Source: a virus (taxonomy: Duplodnaviria; Heunggongvirae; Uroviricota; Caudoviricetes). Taken from it: DNA of 41,632 nucleotides. The position numbers and the translations under genes were made by a program. Positions 18,018 to 27,364 of this stretch are shown one piece after another. The notes beneath the pieces are model-generated. The model searched no databases. It was given only the letters and a program-made list of their open reading frames with translations, and was not told the origin of the DNA. The stretch is from IMG/VR virus record IMGVR_UViG_2579778554_000004. One strand, written 5' to 3'. Positions within the stretch are counted from its first letter, which is position 1; each line of letters begins with the position of its first letter.

Positions 18018-20488
18018 CAGAATCCCCCAACAGTAAGGCGAGGAATAACGGCAAGAACAGACAGCGGCAACGGATCAAGCTGACGGATTTTTACACGTCC
18101 GTTTTTGCCCCAGTTACTGTCCAGTTTCACTTCTACTTTTCCGGTAGCATCATCAACAGGATCATCGTAGAACTCGAATTCACGCTGTGGATATTCGTAC
18201 CATTTACCGCCGGGCGTAGTCGCCCAGATGCCGCGACTGGCATTCACAACCAGAGTAACGGACGGGATCACCTGTTTTTTGTCCAGCAGCGTTTCCTGTC
18301 CGTTAATGTTGATATCCAGTGTTTCGAATTCAGCAGTTATTGGCAGGCCGATGTGCACTACAGCCCCCGGAGATTCCAGCGTGACGGCACCTCCGGAAAC
18401 CACTTTCTGTGGTTCCACGTTCGCATCAGAGAGGATGTTTACGGTCTGGCCTTCAAGATGAGACAAGCCGCCAAATGTCCGGCGCGCCATCTGCCAGTTC
18501 GTGGTGGCCACATTCCTGAGGGATGGCGGGACGTTCCTGTTAGCACGAACCACTACAGCGGTATTGCTGGTTACAGAAATAATGTCGCAACGTAATTCTT
18601 TTGACACTTCATCGCCAGTATCAGGATCAGTTCCGGTATAAGGGAACTGTAGTTGCGCGCCGACATCACTACTGGTGAAGTACGCACCACCAGAAACACT
18701 GATTGTATATTCCGCATGGTAATCCCATTCACCAGAACCACCAGTGATGGTCATCGTTCTGTCAGACGTATTTCTTCCATCATAGCTAAGGCCAGAATCA
18801 ACAAAGAAAGCATCTTCATCGCTGGTAAATAAACGGCTGGACAGTCGCTCGATGTATCTCACTGTTTGCCCGTTAACGGTTCGGTTAACGACGAAATACA
18901 CCGCATCTTCATTGCCTTCGCTGATACTGCATGTGCTTTCATATTTTCCGGTACTGGATTGTGGTGCCCATGCAAAAACCTGCTGATCACGCAAATAGGT
19001 CATCACCAGTAATTTACCGTCATCACGAATGCAGAAGGCACTGGAGTAAGGGACAATCGAGAAGCACCAGTCAACAATGCTGTGCTTCTGAAAAAGATGA
19101 TTGGCAAGGATGGTCAGGTCGTTCCCCTGATAGCCGTCAACATCGAATGAGTAGGCCAGATCACGGACAACGCTGCCTTTCTCCTGGACGAACAGAGCAA
19201 TATTCGCCACGGCAATTGGCGGGACGTTGCTTGAGCCATTTGATCCCTGAGAGCTGAATGCAAATGATGATGGGGTTAACACTTTGTTCTGGTCGCCGGT
19301 GATGACGTACTCACCTCCGGAAGTCAGCGCCACCAGAGAACCAACATCAATCAGGTGGCGGATCTCATTAACCTGACGTCCGGCATAGGTGTAGATAATT
19401 CTGTCGTCATCCTGCGTAGGATTGCTTTTGCCAAAATCCTTATAATCCCCGGTACGGCTGGCCCAGATAGTCTGAGGAAACGCAGTCGATGCGGCGAAGT
19501 AAAGACGTTGTTGATAATAAACAACAGTGCCAGGATAACCATTAACACTGTTCCAGGCATATTTAGCCCATTTATAGCTGGCATTATCCTCGCCAACGAC
19601 CTGCGAAGGGATATAGGAAATCACCTCAGCAGTTGCAGTAGTGCCATTTGCAGCAGTGATACGGGCAATGCCAAAACCACTGTGCAGATACTCCCACTCA
19701 ATGCCAGTATCATCATCACCGGATCCGCCCCAGCCATCCCATGATGTGCCTTCTGTATGCGAAGGGCGCAAAGTACCTGTTTTGCCTGCTGTAACGGCGC
19801 GATAGTAGTTACTGTCTGCACGGCGAATATCGCCAATCGACGTACTCTTACTGGTTTCCCATACCGGCACAGAATCCACTGCAGGCTGTTCCAGATAGAA
19901 CAATTTGCCTACCTGCTCCGCGCCAAAAATAGAGGCGCTTGCCGTTAACGTAATTGTCCCGGTGCTGGCGCTGGCATAAACCGTCACTGACTCGTCAATA
20001 TTGATATCTTCAAATGGCCCGTTCTTCGTTACCACATCAACCAGTTGCCAGTTGTCATGCGCATAGCGGCGCAACTCTTTCGGCGGGTATGCCGGATGAA
20101 CCAGCGTAAGCACGTCTGCGCTTTGCGTGAATTTAATTCGGAACAGATCGGCTTCAGTATATGGCGTGGAAATTTCATAAATAACATTGCTGCTGTTCAG
20201 CACCAACGCACCATCTTTGATAACGCGCATGTACTGGTGTCCGAACTCCAGAGCATAGGTCTGAACCGTCGAGAACTGGAACGGGATCAGGCGGCATTTC
20301 CGATTTGGGTATTTGGCGGCACCGACAAAACGCGTACCAGGTCGATTCTCAACGCCGCCATACTGCCGCACGATAAAGTTATCGCACTTGCGCAATGCCA
20401 CCTGGTACTTCGCCATGTCGATACGACCGTACAACGACGGTCCAATCTCACCACCGGCAAAGCTGGGCTGTATCCAACTGATAGCCAT
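18017..20488 (-). CDS. Tail tubular protein B-like (nozzle), 823 aa
   Basis: Size (T7 gp12 is ~794 aa) and position after tube A-like gene. Confidence 0.75.
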   Translation of the reverse strand: MAISWIQPSFAGGEIGPSLYGRIDMAKYQVALRKCDNFIVRQYGGVENRPGTRFVGAAKYPNRKCRLIPFQFSTVQTYALEFGHQYMRVIKDGALVLNSSNVIYEISTPYTEADLFRIKFTQSADVLTLVHPAYPPKELRRYAHDNWQLVDVVTKNGPFEDINIDESVTVYASASTGTITLTASASIFGAEQVGKLFYLEQPAVDSVPVWETSKSTSIGDIRRADSNYYRAVTAGKTGTLRPSHTEGTSWDGWGGSGDDDTGIEWEYLHSGFGIARITAANGTTATAEVISYIPSQVVGEDNASYKWAKYAWNSVNGYPGTVVYYQQRLYFAASTAFPQTIWASRTGDYKDFGKSNPTQDDDRIIYTYAGRQVNEIRHLIDVGSLVALTSGGEYVITGDQNKVLTPSSFAFSSQGSNGSSNVPPIAVANIALFVQEKGSVVRDLAYSFDVDGYQGNDLTILANHLFQKHSIVDWCFSIVPYSSAFCIRDDGKLLVMTYLRDQQVFAWAPQSSTGKYESTCSISEGNEDAVYFVVNRTVNGQTVRYIERLSSRLFTSDEDAFFVDSGLSYDGRNTSDRTMTITGGSGEWDYHAEYTISVSGGAYFTSSDVGAQLQFPYTGTDPDTGDEVSKELRCDIISVTSNTAVVVRANRNVPPSLRNVATTNWQMARRTFGGLSHLEGQTVNILSDANVEPQKVVSGGAVTLESPGAVVHIGLPITAEFETLDININGQETLLDKKQVIPSVTLVVNASRGIWATTPGGKWYEYPQREFEFYDDPVDDATGKVEVKLDSNWGKNGRVKIRQLDPLPLSVLAVIPRLTVGGF

Positions 20489-21093
20489 CAGGACAACCTC
20501 GCAATGGTAAACTCGTCAACCGGTGGCTGTGGTTCCTGTGATTCATTCTGGCTATGCGAGCCAGCACTAAGAATCACGCGATTGTACATATTGAGGGCAA
20601 ACGTACCGAGGTCTGCATTCCCAGTCAGCGCCATGTTAATAGCTGCCGCAAGACGCCAGGCCAACGCCTCCATAAAAATGGCATCAAACATGTTCACATC
20701 TGTAACGCGAGAGACATACTTGAGCCATGCCTGAGGCTGGTCTGTGTAGATCAACTTTCCTGTTCCGTTGGTGTCTACACCTACTTCGTACTGAACGCGC
20801 ATTGCTGCTGTTGGATTGCGTACACCAGGAAGCATAATTTCAGTAATGCGCAGACAATCGGACGGGTACTGATACGCATATTCCCAGTCAGGCGGTGGAT
20901 TGCTCGTATCTGCCAGCGCCACGCGTTTGGTAGCAAAGTTCCAGTCAAAATCAGAAAGCACAGCATCACGGCAGGCCTCAAAGTGCAGCGAACATTCCCC
21001 CGCTTCCTTGCTGGCTTCCGTCAGGCTGTTAATGCTGCGGCTATTGCCAATATTGGACAGCGCACGATTGCAGATCTCTACTACAGAGGCCAT
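20488..21093 (-). CDS. Tail tubular protein A-like (adaptor), 201 aa
   Basis: Size (T7 gp11 ~196 aa), position, N-terminal ICNRALSNIG motif reminiscent of gp11. Confidence 0.65.
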   Translation of the reverse strand: MASVVEICNRALSNIGNSRSINSLTEASKEAGECSLHFEACRDAVLSDFDWNFATKRVALADTSNPPPDWEYAYQYPSDCLRITEIMLPGVRNPTAAMRVQYEVGVDTNGTGKLIYTDQPQAWLKYVSRVTDVNMFDAIFMEALAWRLAAAINMALTGNADLGTFALNMYNRVILSAGSHSQNESQEPQPPVDEFTIARLS

Positions 21094-21422
21094 TACTCAC
21101 CCCCATTGCCGTACAGGGTTTCAGCCGCTGATTTTTCTACATCCCCGGAAACAGGAGCGATCGCCATATCAGTGATCTGCAGATCGGCGCTGCGATTAAC
21201 ACCATCGTCAGTTTCTCTGGCAGACAGGCCTCGAATAACAGCCTTTGCAGTTATCATCACTTCTGTTCCGACGCCCTGAGGTTGCGCCTTCAGCTTATTC
21301 AATGTGTCGTTATTAAGAGTGATGCACAGCCCCCACGGGTATTCATCGCGAGTTCTGGTTTCTCCGCTCTCATCCTGGTAGCTGTCAGTGCCGGTTTTGA
21401 GGTTTACGAGTTCCATATACAC
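21093..21422 (-). CDS. Hypothetical virion-associated protein
   Basis: ORF in late operon between capsid-associated genes and tail tube genes. Confidence 0.5.
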   Translation of the reverse strand: MYMELVNLKTGTDSYQDESGETRTRDEYPWGLCITLNNDTLNKLKAQPQGVGTEVMITAKAVIRGLSARETDDGVNRSADLQITDMAIAPVSGDVEKSAAETLYGNGGE

Positions 21423-21466
21423 TCCTGCAATAAAGGGGCCGAAGCCCCTTGTCTGATCCGCGAGGC

Positions 21467-21811
21467 TTACACGCCCAGTTCTTTACGCTTATCTGCGATC
21501 TTCTCGCGGAGCGTTTCGGCTTTGGCGTTATGGTGTGGCTTCTCGTTAAAGAGCAATTCGTACTCTTCACGGAGCTTATCCAGTTCACCATCATCTGACA
21601 CATCGTTGATGATTTTGGTGCTGGTTGCTGCCATTGACTCTTTTCCTGCAACTTTTGCTTTTGCCTGTCTGGCTGCATCGTTAACAGGTTCCAGTGCGCT
21701 ACCAGGCTCACCTTCGTATTCGATTTCTGCCCCCTCCGGCCACAGAGTGTTATGGATATGAGAGAGGCGCAGAACGCGGTATCTTGGTTTCTCACCTGAC
21801 ATCAATATCAC
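21467..21811 (-). CDS. Hypothetical head-associated protein
   Basis: ORF in late operon; chosen over overlapping frame 21385-21795 because it abuts the upstream gene. Confidence 0.5.
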   Translation of the reverse strand: MILMSGEKPRYRVLRLSHIHNTLWPEGAEIEYEGEPGSALEPVNDAARQAKAKVAGKESMAATSTKIINDVSDDGELDKLREEYELLFNEKPHHNAKAETLREKIADKRKELGV

Positions 21812-21812
21812 C

Positions 21813-22250
21813 TTAACCAGTTACTTTTGAGCGGATCGGATACGGCGTATTGGCATCAACATCAAGATTGATACCCGCAGTGAATTTGCCAGCCGTTAGT
21901 GGGCCAGTTGCGACGGAGTAGTTAACACGCAGATATCGCTGAACACCGGCTGGCACCTTTGCAGAAACAACTCGCTTACCTGCTGTCAGGGTGGCCTTTG
22001 CCAGTGCGCCACTATCATAAATAGTGGACCATGAGCTGTTATCCTCACTCGTCTGCAACTGGATGTTTACAGTTGCATCACCGCTTGCTGCGGCGGCTGT
22101 GTTAACCAGCGCCCAAAACTCAAGCGGGTAACCCACGCCGATATCACGACGTTTTCCGTCAATTGGACCGAGATCGATTACGTCAGTAGAAGCCGCGGTA
22201 TCAGTTACCGCCTGTGCTTCGGAGAACATCAACAGTTTGTCGGTGATCAT
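21813..22250 (-). CDS. Putative capsid decoration or minor head protein
   Basis: Immediately downstream of major capsid gene; Ala/Thr-rich beta-type composition. Confidence 0.55.
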   Translation of the reverse strand: MITDKLLMFSEAQAVTDTAASTDVIDLGPIDGKRRDIGVGYPLEFWALVNTAAAASGDATVNIQLQTSEDNSSWSTIYDSGALAKATLTAGKRVVSAKVPAGVQRYLRVNYSVATGPLTAGKFTAGINLDVDANTPYPIRSKVTG

Positions 22251-22301
22251 CTTCTTTCTCCATTAGTGGGTCTGTTACGACCCACAGGTTAATAACAGGC
22301 G

Positions 22302-23294
22302 TTACACCACGCGGGCTTCTGTTTCCAGAAGCGCATCAGTTTCACGGATTGGTACACCACGGAATGAAGTCCACCACTCGCCTTCTGTCTCTTTTACGCT
22401 GATCGCCAGAGATGTTTTCTCCAGAGATTGCAGATCAAGAGCCTGGCCTACAGTGCGGTTCATGTAGAACACCGGGCGACCCATGCCACGATTTGGAATG
22501 CGATGCAGTGCTTTAACCATCAACTTCGCAATATTTGCGGCAGAGGAAGGTTCTGAAAGATTGCTGACATCGATGTTTGCAATGCGAACAACATAACGCC
22601 AGTCACGCAGAGCAAGTCCGTTATCCCATTTGTAATGGGTGCGATAGCCTTCGTACTTGCCGCCATTAGCATCTTCCAGTGTCACCTGGCCTTTATCTTC
22701 CATCTGGATGCCAGCCTTCTGCCCTTTCGGGAAGATGCCATGCACGGTGTTTTCGCCCCACACCACTAACCAGATTGAGGTGTTATCTGTACCCGTGCCA
22801 CCAGCATCAATGATGTTCTGAGCATTACCCGCAGACAGGCTGGAATAGCGGGAGGACAGTCCCATAAACTGCTGAGGGTTAACGCTGGAATCACCATAAA
22901 ACAGCGTCTGCGCCATCTGCTGATTCATCGCTTCAATAAATGCGCGGTCTTCAGACAGGCGGAATTCGGCGGTATTGCCGTTCAGATCAGCCAGTGACTT
23001 ATCGACTTCCGCATAGGTTTCCAGCATGCCAACGGAATCGGTTACCTGTACTGTGGTTGATTTGCTTGGCTGTACGCCATAGTTCAGCAAACGCCAGGTA
23101 GCTGAAGGTAAACCAGAACGAATGGTGGTTCGGTGTCCGGTAGGAAGGTTCCCTTCGACAAAAGGCATATCCTGAAGGATCGGGTTAGTTTGACCGAGAA
23201 GCTCGATAATCTTATCGACTTTCCCGTTTGGATCGACGCGCTTACCCCAGTCAGCCAGCGTTAGCGCAGTTAAGCCTTTAACAGCCATTGTCAT
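22302..23294 (-). CDS. Major capsid protein, 330 aa
   Basis: Position after scaffold gene; size matches epsilon15-type coat protein. Confidence 0.85.
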   Translation of the reverse strand: MTMAVKGLTALTLADWGKRVDPNGKVDKIIELLGQTNPILQDMPFVEGNLPTGHRTTIRSGLPSATWRLLNYGVQPSKSTTVQVTDSVGMLETYAEVDKSLADLNGNTAEFRLSEDRAFIEAMNQQMAQTLFYGDSSVNPQQFMGLSSRYSSLSAGNAQNIIDAGGTGTDNTSIWLVVWGENTVHGIFPKGQKAGIQMEDKGQVTLEDANGGKYEGYRTHYKWDNGLALRDWRYVVRIANIDVSNLSEPSSAANIAKLMVKALHRIPNRGMGRPVFYMNRTVGQALDLQSLEKTSLAISVKETEGEWWTSFRGVPIRETDALLETEARVV

Positions 23295-23302
23295 TTCCTC
23301 TC

Positions 23303-24004
23303 TTATTTGCCATAGAGCACTTCGGCCGCACTACGCTGGCCTTCATTACCACCGGTGACCATGCCATCTTCAGACATCGCCTTTCCGATTTTCACGAACG
23401 TTTTGACCAGATCAGGGTGATTACCCAGCCCGGTGGTGTTCAGATATTCTTTGAGTTCAGGTGTCCCGAACTGGTCAAGCGCACGCTGTGCGGCGCTAAG
23501 GTTAGAAATCAACTTGTCGCCACCGATTTCTTTGTCAGCTTTTACATCAGCAGCCCACTGCTCGGTTGTTTTCTGCCAGGCTTCTGCCTGGCGCTGCTGA
23601 ACACCTGCCAGAATCTTCGGATAAGCATCAACCAGCTTTTGCGCTTGCTCGTTGGTCAGGTTTAGTTCTCGCGCCACCGGCTCGAATTCCTTCAACGCTT
23701 CTGTATCCAGCTCTACGCCTTCGGCAGCCTGAAACTCGTACTTCTCAGGCGCACCCTCTGTTTTATCGCCGTCCTTTTTTTCATCCTGCTTATCGTTTTC
23801 AGGCTTTTTGTCATCAGCAGGTTTATCGCCATCAGCAACAGGTTGTGGCTTATCACCTTCCGGTTGTGATGGATCACCAACTGGAGCAGGGTTATCACCT
23901 GCAGGCGCTGACGGTTCTGACGCAGCCGGAGCTGCTCCACCATCGACTGGTTGCTCATTGCAAAGACGGCGATACAGCAAACGCTCAAATAAATTCATGA
24001 TCAC
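23303..24004 (-). CDS. Scaffolding protein
   Basis: Acidic, Pro/Asp/Lys-rich N-terminal half and helical C-terminal half between portal and capsid genes. Confidence 0.7.
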   Translation of the reverse strand: MIMNLFERLLYRRLCNEQPVDGGAAPAASEPSAPAGDNPAPVGDPSQPEGDKPQPVADGDKPADDKKPENDKQDEKKDGDKTEGAPEKYEFQAAEGVELDTEALKEFEPVARELNLTNEQAQKLVDAYPKILAGVQQRQAEAWQKTTEQWAADVKADKEIGGDKLISNLSAAQRALDQFGTPELKEYLNTTGLGNHPDLVKTFVKIGKAMSEDGMVTGGNEGQRSAAEVLYGK

Positions 24005-24297
24005 TCCTGTTCACTGGCCTCTTTGGCCATCTTCAAATACTGTTCAGGGCAATGCGCCATAACGCGCTGAAACAGTTCCAGCGCCAGATTGCGTTGCCCC
24101 TCATTAAATGCCATAGCCATAGCGTCCATCGGTGAGATAGCGGAAAACACACGGCCTTTCTCCAGCACCGACCAGACAACGCGACGCCCCTGTTCACTGC
24201 TCATGACAAAGCAAATGTCATCAATTTCACGCTGTGCCATGTCACGTTGCTTACGGGCGTTTTCTTCTTTCAGTTGATCGTCTTCGTAATCTGTCAT
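24001..24297 (-). CDS. Hypothetical small head-assembly protein
   Basis: ORF with coupled start and stop between portal and scaffold genes. Confidence 0.55.
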   Translation of the reverse strand: MTDYEDDQLKEENARKQRDMAQREIDDICFVMSSEQGRRVVWSVLEKGRVFSAISPMDAMAMAFNEGQRNLALELFQRVMAHCPEQYLKMAKEASEQE

Positions 24298-25973
24298 TGT
24301 GATTGCCCACCCTGACCACTAACTGCATTCGCCATAGCTGACAAAACACTCGGATCCGAAGTTTTAGCTTCGCTTAGCGTCTTGGCACCCTGTGCCGCCG
24401 CCATCCCCATCGCCATCATTTGTTGCTGCTGTTGTTGCTGTGCCCGTTGCTGGCGAGCCTGCTCAACCTGTTCCTGCGGAACAATGACGGTTGGAGACAC
24501 TCCGGACATATCAGCGAATGCATCGATCGCCTGATCAACGTTGAGTTTGTCGAGAGCTTCTGGTTTCGCTTGCGCAAGTTGACCAATGAAGTTGACCGTA
24601 GACGCCAGACTGGACAGGCCGATAGACTTCTGCGCCTGAGCCATGACGGAAATGTATTCGACCTTCAGGGGCATACCTTCCATCGCGTCAGGCGGTGGCG
24701 GCAGCATGTTTTTACGCACCATCATCGAGAAAGCGCGGTCAATGAGAGGATTAAGACATTCGTCGTTCAGACGCTCCAGAACCGGCCCCAACATCAGAAG
24801 TTTTTCTTCTTTCATTTCGATCACCGCTTCAACAGGCATCGAGCGGGTATTGATGTTCTGCAACATCATGAACAGATCGACAAAGTAGGCGCTGTTAATG
24901 ATTTGACGGGTGTCCTGAATGTCTGCCACCAAATCTGCTGTACTGGGGTTAACCAGATAAGCAGGCCTGAAACCATCCTGACCAGTAATCTGATCGATAT
25001 ACGTGATGTCGCCAGGAAGAAGGGAGGCACGCTGATTCTTGAGGGAAGTCGGAGCAACCATCGGCGGATTGGTGGCTTTATCAATCAACTGCGACTTGCG
25101 CTTCTGGAGAAGCTGCAATGCCTTAACAGGTCCAAGCGCCAGCATACCCGGGCATGATGATCCATAAACATCTTCGCCGTTAACTTCCCAGCGCGGAGCC
25201 ATAATTGGAAACTCATCGAATCCGGACTCACGCAACAACTTGTCGTTATCGCCACCAACCTCGTAATAAACCGATTTGAATGGCTTGTTCTTGCTATCCA
25301 GCTTCGATGTATCGCGGTCAATGTTCGGGTAAACCGAATGCATCACTTCAATCCACTTCTCGTAGGTTCCGCTTTCCCACATGCTTTTTACGGATTCGCT
25401 GACGTTATTTAGCCCGAACTCCTGAACAAGCTGACGAACAGTCATAGAGAACTTGCGAAAACAGGTGTCCACACTGCCACGAGGTGAGTTAGCCAGGTAG
25501 TAACTGCCTATCGGGAATGGCATTGTGCGAATGATGTCCTCGTCATCCTCCAGCACTGCCATTGCACCAGTGCTGTATGTGCCGAGGCTTCCGTATAACT
25601 GCGGCAGCGACTGATAGAGATTCGACTTATTGAACATATCGTTCATGCGGTTCTGCACCGCCTCAAGCCACAACTTAACAGGGCCATAATCCATCATTTC
25701 AGGATCTGGCGTAGCCAGGCGAAACCACGGACGCGCGGGGCTTGTGATGCCTGACATCATGCCGCTGGCGAGAGTGCGCGCCGCCATAGTCCCGGTCGAA
25801 TCAATAATGCGTGTATTGCGTCGATCGTTACGGTTAACCTCAGAAGTCAGAAAGCGGGAACCACGCGGGTTGATGTAATCACTCAACTCGCGCCAGTGCG
25901 GCTCGAACGACTGACGCTCGCTTTCAAGTTGTGCGAACTGTTTGTTCAATCGCTCTTTAGTTGTTTCCGCCAT
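24294..25973 (-). CDS. Portal (head-to-tail connector) protein, 559 aa
   Basis: Size, position after terminase, Gln/Ala/Met-rich C-terminal tail resembling T7 gp8-type portals; GGAG RBS. Confidence 0.85.
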   Translation of the reverse strand: MAETTKERLNKQFAQLESERQSFEPHWRELSDYINPRGSRFLTSEVNRNDRRNTRIIDSTGTMAARTLASGMMSGITSPARPWFRLATPDPEMMDYGPVKLWLEAVQNRMNDMFNKSNLYQSLPQLYGSLGTYSTGAMAVLEDDEDIIRTMPFPIGSYYLANSPRGSVDTCFRKFSMTVRQLVQEFGLNNVSESVKSMWESGTYEKWIEVMHSVYPNIDRDTSKLDSKNKPFKSVYYEVGGDNDKLLRESGFDEFPIMAPRWEVNGEDVYGSSCPGMLALGPVKALQLLQKRKSQLIDKATNPPMVAPTSLKNQRASLLPGDITYIDQITGQDGFRPAYLVNPSTADLVADIQDTRQIINSAYFVDLFMMLQNINTRSMPVEAVIEMKEEKLLMLGPVLERLNDECLNPLIDRAFSMMVRKNMLPPPPDAMEGMPLKVEYISVMAQAQKSIGLSSLASTVNFIGQLAQAKPEALDKLNVDQAIDAFADMSGVSPTVIVPQEQVEQARQQRAQQQQQQQMMAMGMAAAQGAKTLSEAKTSDPSVLSAMANAVSGQGGQSQ

Positions 25974-25987
25974 TTCAATGACTCCGG

Positions 25988-26194
25988 TTACTGACCAAGC
26001 AGCGTTTTACCGCTGGTATTAGCAGTTGATGTGTCGCCCTGAGAACCGGTAAGCAGCGTAGAACTACGACCAGCAGCAGCGCGACGGCGACGAGTTTCTT
26101 CGTCGCGGGCATCAACAACGGCGGCATCCTGCTCCTGTGGTGCTGCCTGAACTTCTGGTGTTGCAGGCACTGATGGTGAGCTACCCATGCACAT
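25988..26194 (-). CDS. Hypothetical small protein upstream of portal
   Basis: 68-aa ORF; preferred over overlapping 25975-26214 frame whose composition looks non-coding. Confidence 0.3.
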   Translation of the reverse strand: MCMGSSPSVPATPEVQAAPQEQDAAVVDARDEETRRRRAAAGRSSTLLTGSQGDTSTANTSGKTLLGQ

Positions 26195-26284
26195 ATCAAT
26201 GACTCCGTACGCAATTAAATTATTACCAATTTAACCACATATGATTTATTTATCGTAGACAGTTGACATTTAACGTGCGAATTA

Positions 26285-26299
26285 TTACCTTTCAGGTAA
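26285..26299. promoter_or_regulatory. Operator-like palindrome TTACC-N5-GGTAA (site 5)
   Basis: ttacctttcaggtaa at the start of the tRNA/moron insertion. Confidence 0.5.
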
Positions 26300-26621
26300 C
26301 CAAAGAGTTCATTCCGGTTACTAACCTGACTGGCTTGTCGTTAAATTGAACAGGTGGAGTGAGCTTTTATTTTGAGCAGTACGGCGTATGGCACATGCGC
26401 CGATAGCGGTCTGGATGCGTTTAAGGGGCACCCTCCCTGGCTGTGGCAAACGAACCAGGTAGCCGGAATGTGCAAGTCGAGCGGTTTTATTCCGCGCACG
26501 GGGATTCACCATCCCGGCGATTCGGTGTGACGCCTCGGAAGAGACGAGGGTACAACGATGAGAGCATTTATGGAGCCGCGACAAAGTGTGGCGCCTTAAC
26601 AGGCTAAGTGCTCTCAGCGTT

Positions 26622-26698
26622 GTGGCATTAGCTCAGTTGGACAGAGCAACCGCCTTCTAAGCGGTTGGTCGCAGGTTCGAATCCTGCATGCCACGCCA
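26622..26698 (+). tRNA. tRNA-Arg, anticodon UCU (reads AGA), CCA encoded
   Basis: Cloverleaf by hand: acceptor GTGGCAT/ATGCCAC, D-arm GCTC..GAGC, anticodon stem ACCGC/GCGGT with loop CTTCTAA, T-arm GCAGG-TTCGAAT-CCTGC, discriminator G plus CCA. Confidence 0.9.
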
Positions 26699-26741
26699 GA
26701 ATCACGCCTAAGGACCGTGATGCCAGAAGTTCCAGGGGCTT

Positions 26742-26784
26742 GGCGGTGATGGTTTCCCTTGAAGGACTATCACCGCCCTTTTTA
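26742..26784 (+). terminator. Hairpin plus T-run downstream of tRNA
   Basis: GGCGGTGAT...ATCACCGCC then CTTTTT. Confidence 0.45.
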
Positions 26785-26861
26785 CAGCAGGACGCCATTG
26801 CGATGACTTCATGCTGTAAACCAGTACAGCCACGGAAGGCATAACTCATTGCTTCCAGTTC

Positions 26862-26886
26862 GCCCGGTTCGCCGGGCATTTTTTTA
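26862..26886 (+). terminator. Intrinsic terminator-like hairpin immediately upstream of the RBS of the 140-aa gene
   Basis: GCCCGG-ttcg-CCGGGC followed by ATTTTTTT, then AAGGTGAGATC-ATG. Confidence 0.5.
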
Positions 26887-26896
26887 AGGTGAGATC

Positions 26897-27319
26897 ATGA
26901 AAACAGCCGACATGCTAGCTAAATATCTAAATGAATGGCCGTGCAAATATGTACGCATTGTTCAGGGTGATGACTCAATTTTTTATGGTGTTTTTGCAGG
27001 AAATGAAATGCTTTGTGAAGCAATTCCAGGTGAGCGACTTGCCGGGTTAACGCTTAGCGATGACCATGGAATAGGAGTTACTTGCCATGACTGGATTTCA
27101 GCGCAGAAAACTGAAATGGAAAAAGGCAATGTGTTTGATATTTCTCGCGCTGTATACGCCAAAGAAAAAAGTGATGATGATTACATGCGCGAAAACTTAT
27201 ACAACATGAAGTTACAATGCCTGGCTGAAGTGCTTAGTAAAAGATCTTTACTTGATGTGGTTGGTGCTGAGCAGGACGCCAAGGCAATCAACGCCGCATT
27301 CGATAAAATAACCTTCTAA
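26897..27319 (+). CDS. Hypothetical 140-aa protein (moron on the opposite strand to the late operon)
   Basis: AAGGTGAG RBS; followed by 14-mer CGTGACATGTCACA and a terminator. Confidence 0.7.
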   Translation: MKTADMLAKYLNEWPCKYVRIVQGDDSIFYGVFAGNEMLCEAIPGERLAGLTLSDDHGIGVTCHDWISAQKTEMEKGNVFDISRAVYAKEKSDDDYMRENLYNMKLQCLAEVLSKRSLLDVVGAEQDAKAINAAFDKITF

Positions 27320-27322
27320 CGC

Positions 27323-27336
27323 CGTGACATGTCACA
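27323..27336. promoter_or_regulatory. Conserved 14-mer CGTGACATGTCACA (copy 2 of 3)
   Basis: Exact repeat of 7077-7090. Confidence 0.4.
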
Positions 27337-27339
27337 ATC

Positions 27340-27364
27340 AGCCCGCCGATTCGCGGGCTTTTTT
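27340..27364 (+). terminator. Intrinsic terminator after the 140-aa gene
   Basis: AGCCCGC-cgattc-GCGGGCT followed by TTTTTT. Confidence 0.65.

Noticed and set aside
18228-21279. Numerous plus-strand ORFs of 60-240 aa inside the tail tube, ejection, portal and terminase genes (for example 20045-20734, 20554-21279, 24420-25157, 27936-28331)
   Set aside because: Antisense to long, well-supported structural genes with coupled starts and stops; compositions look like frame artefacts.
25975-26214. 79-aa alternative frame upstream of portal
   Set aside because: Implausible His/Arg/Leu-rich composition; the overlapping 25988-26194 frame is the more protein-like, and even that is low confidence.
26321-26584. 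87-aa minus-strand ORF upstream of the tRNA
   Set aside because: Arg/His-rich composition typical of a wrong-frame read through GC-rich non-coding DNA; no RBS; opposite to local transcription.
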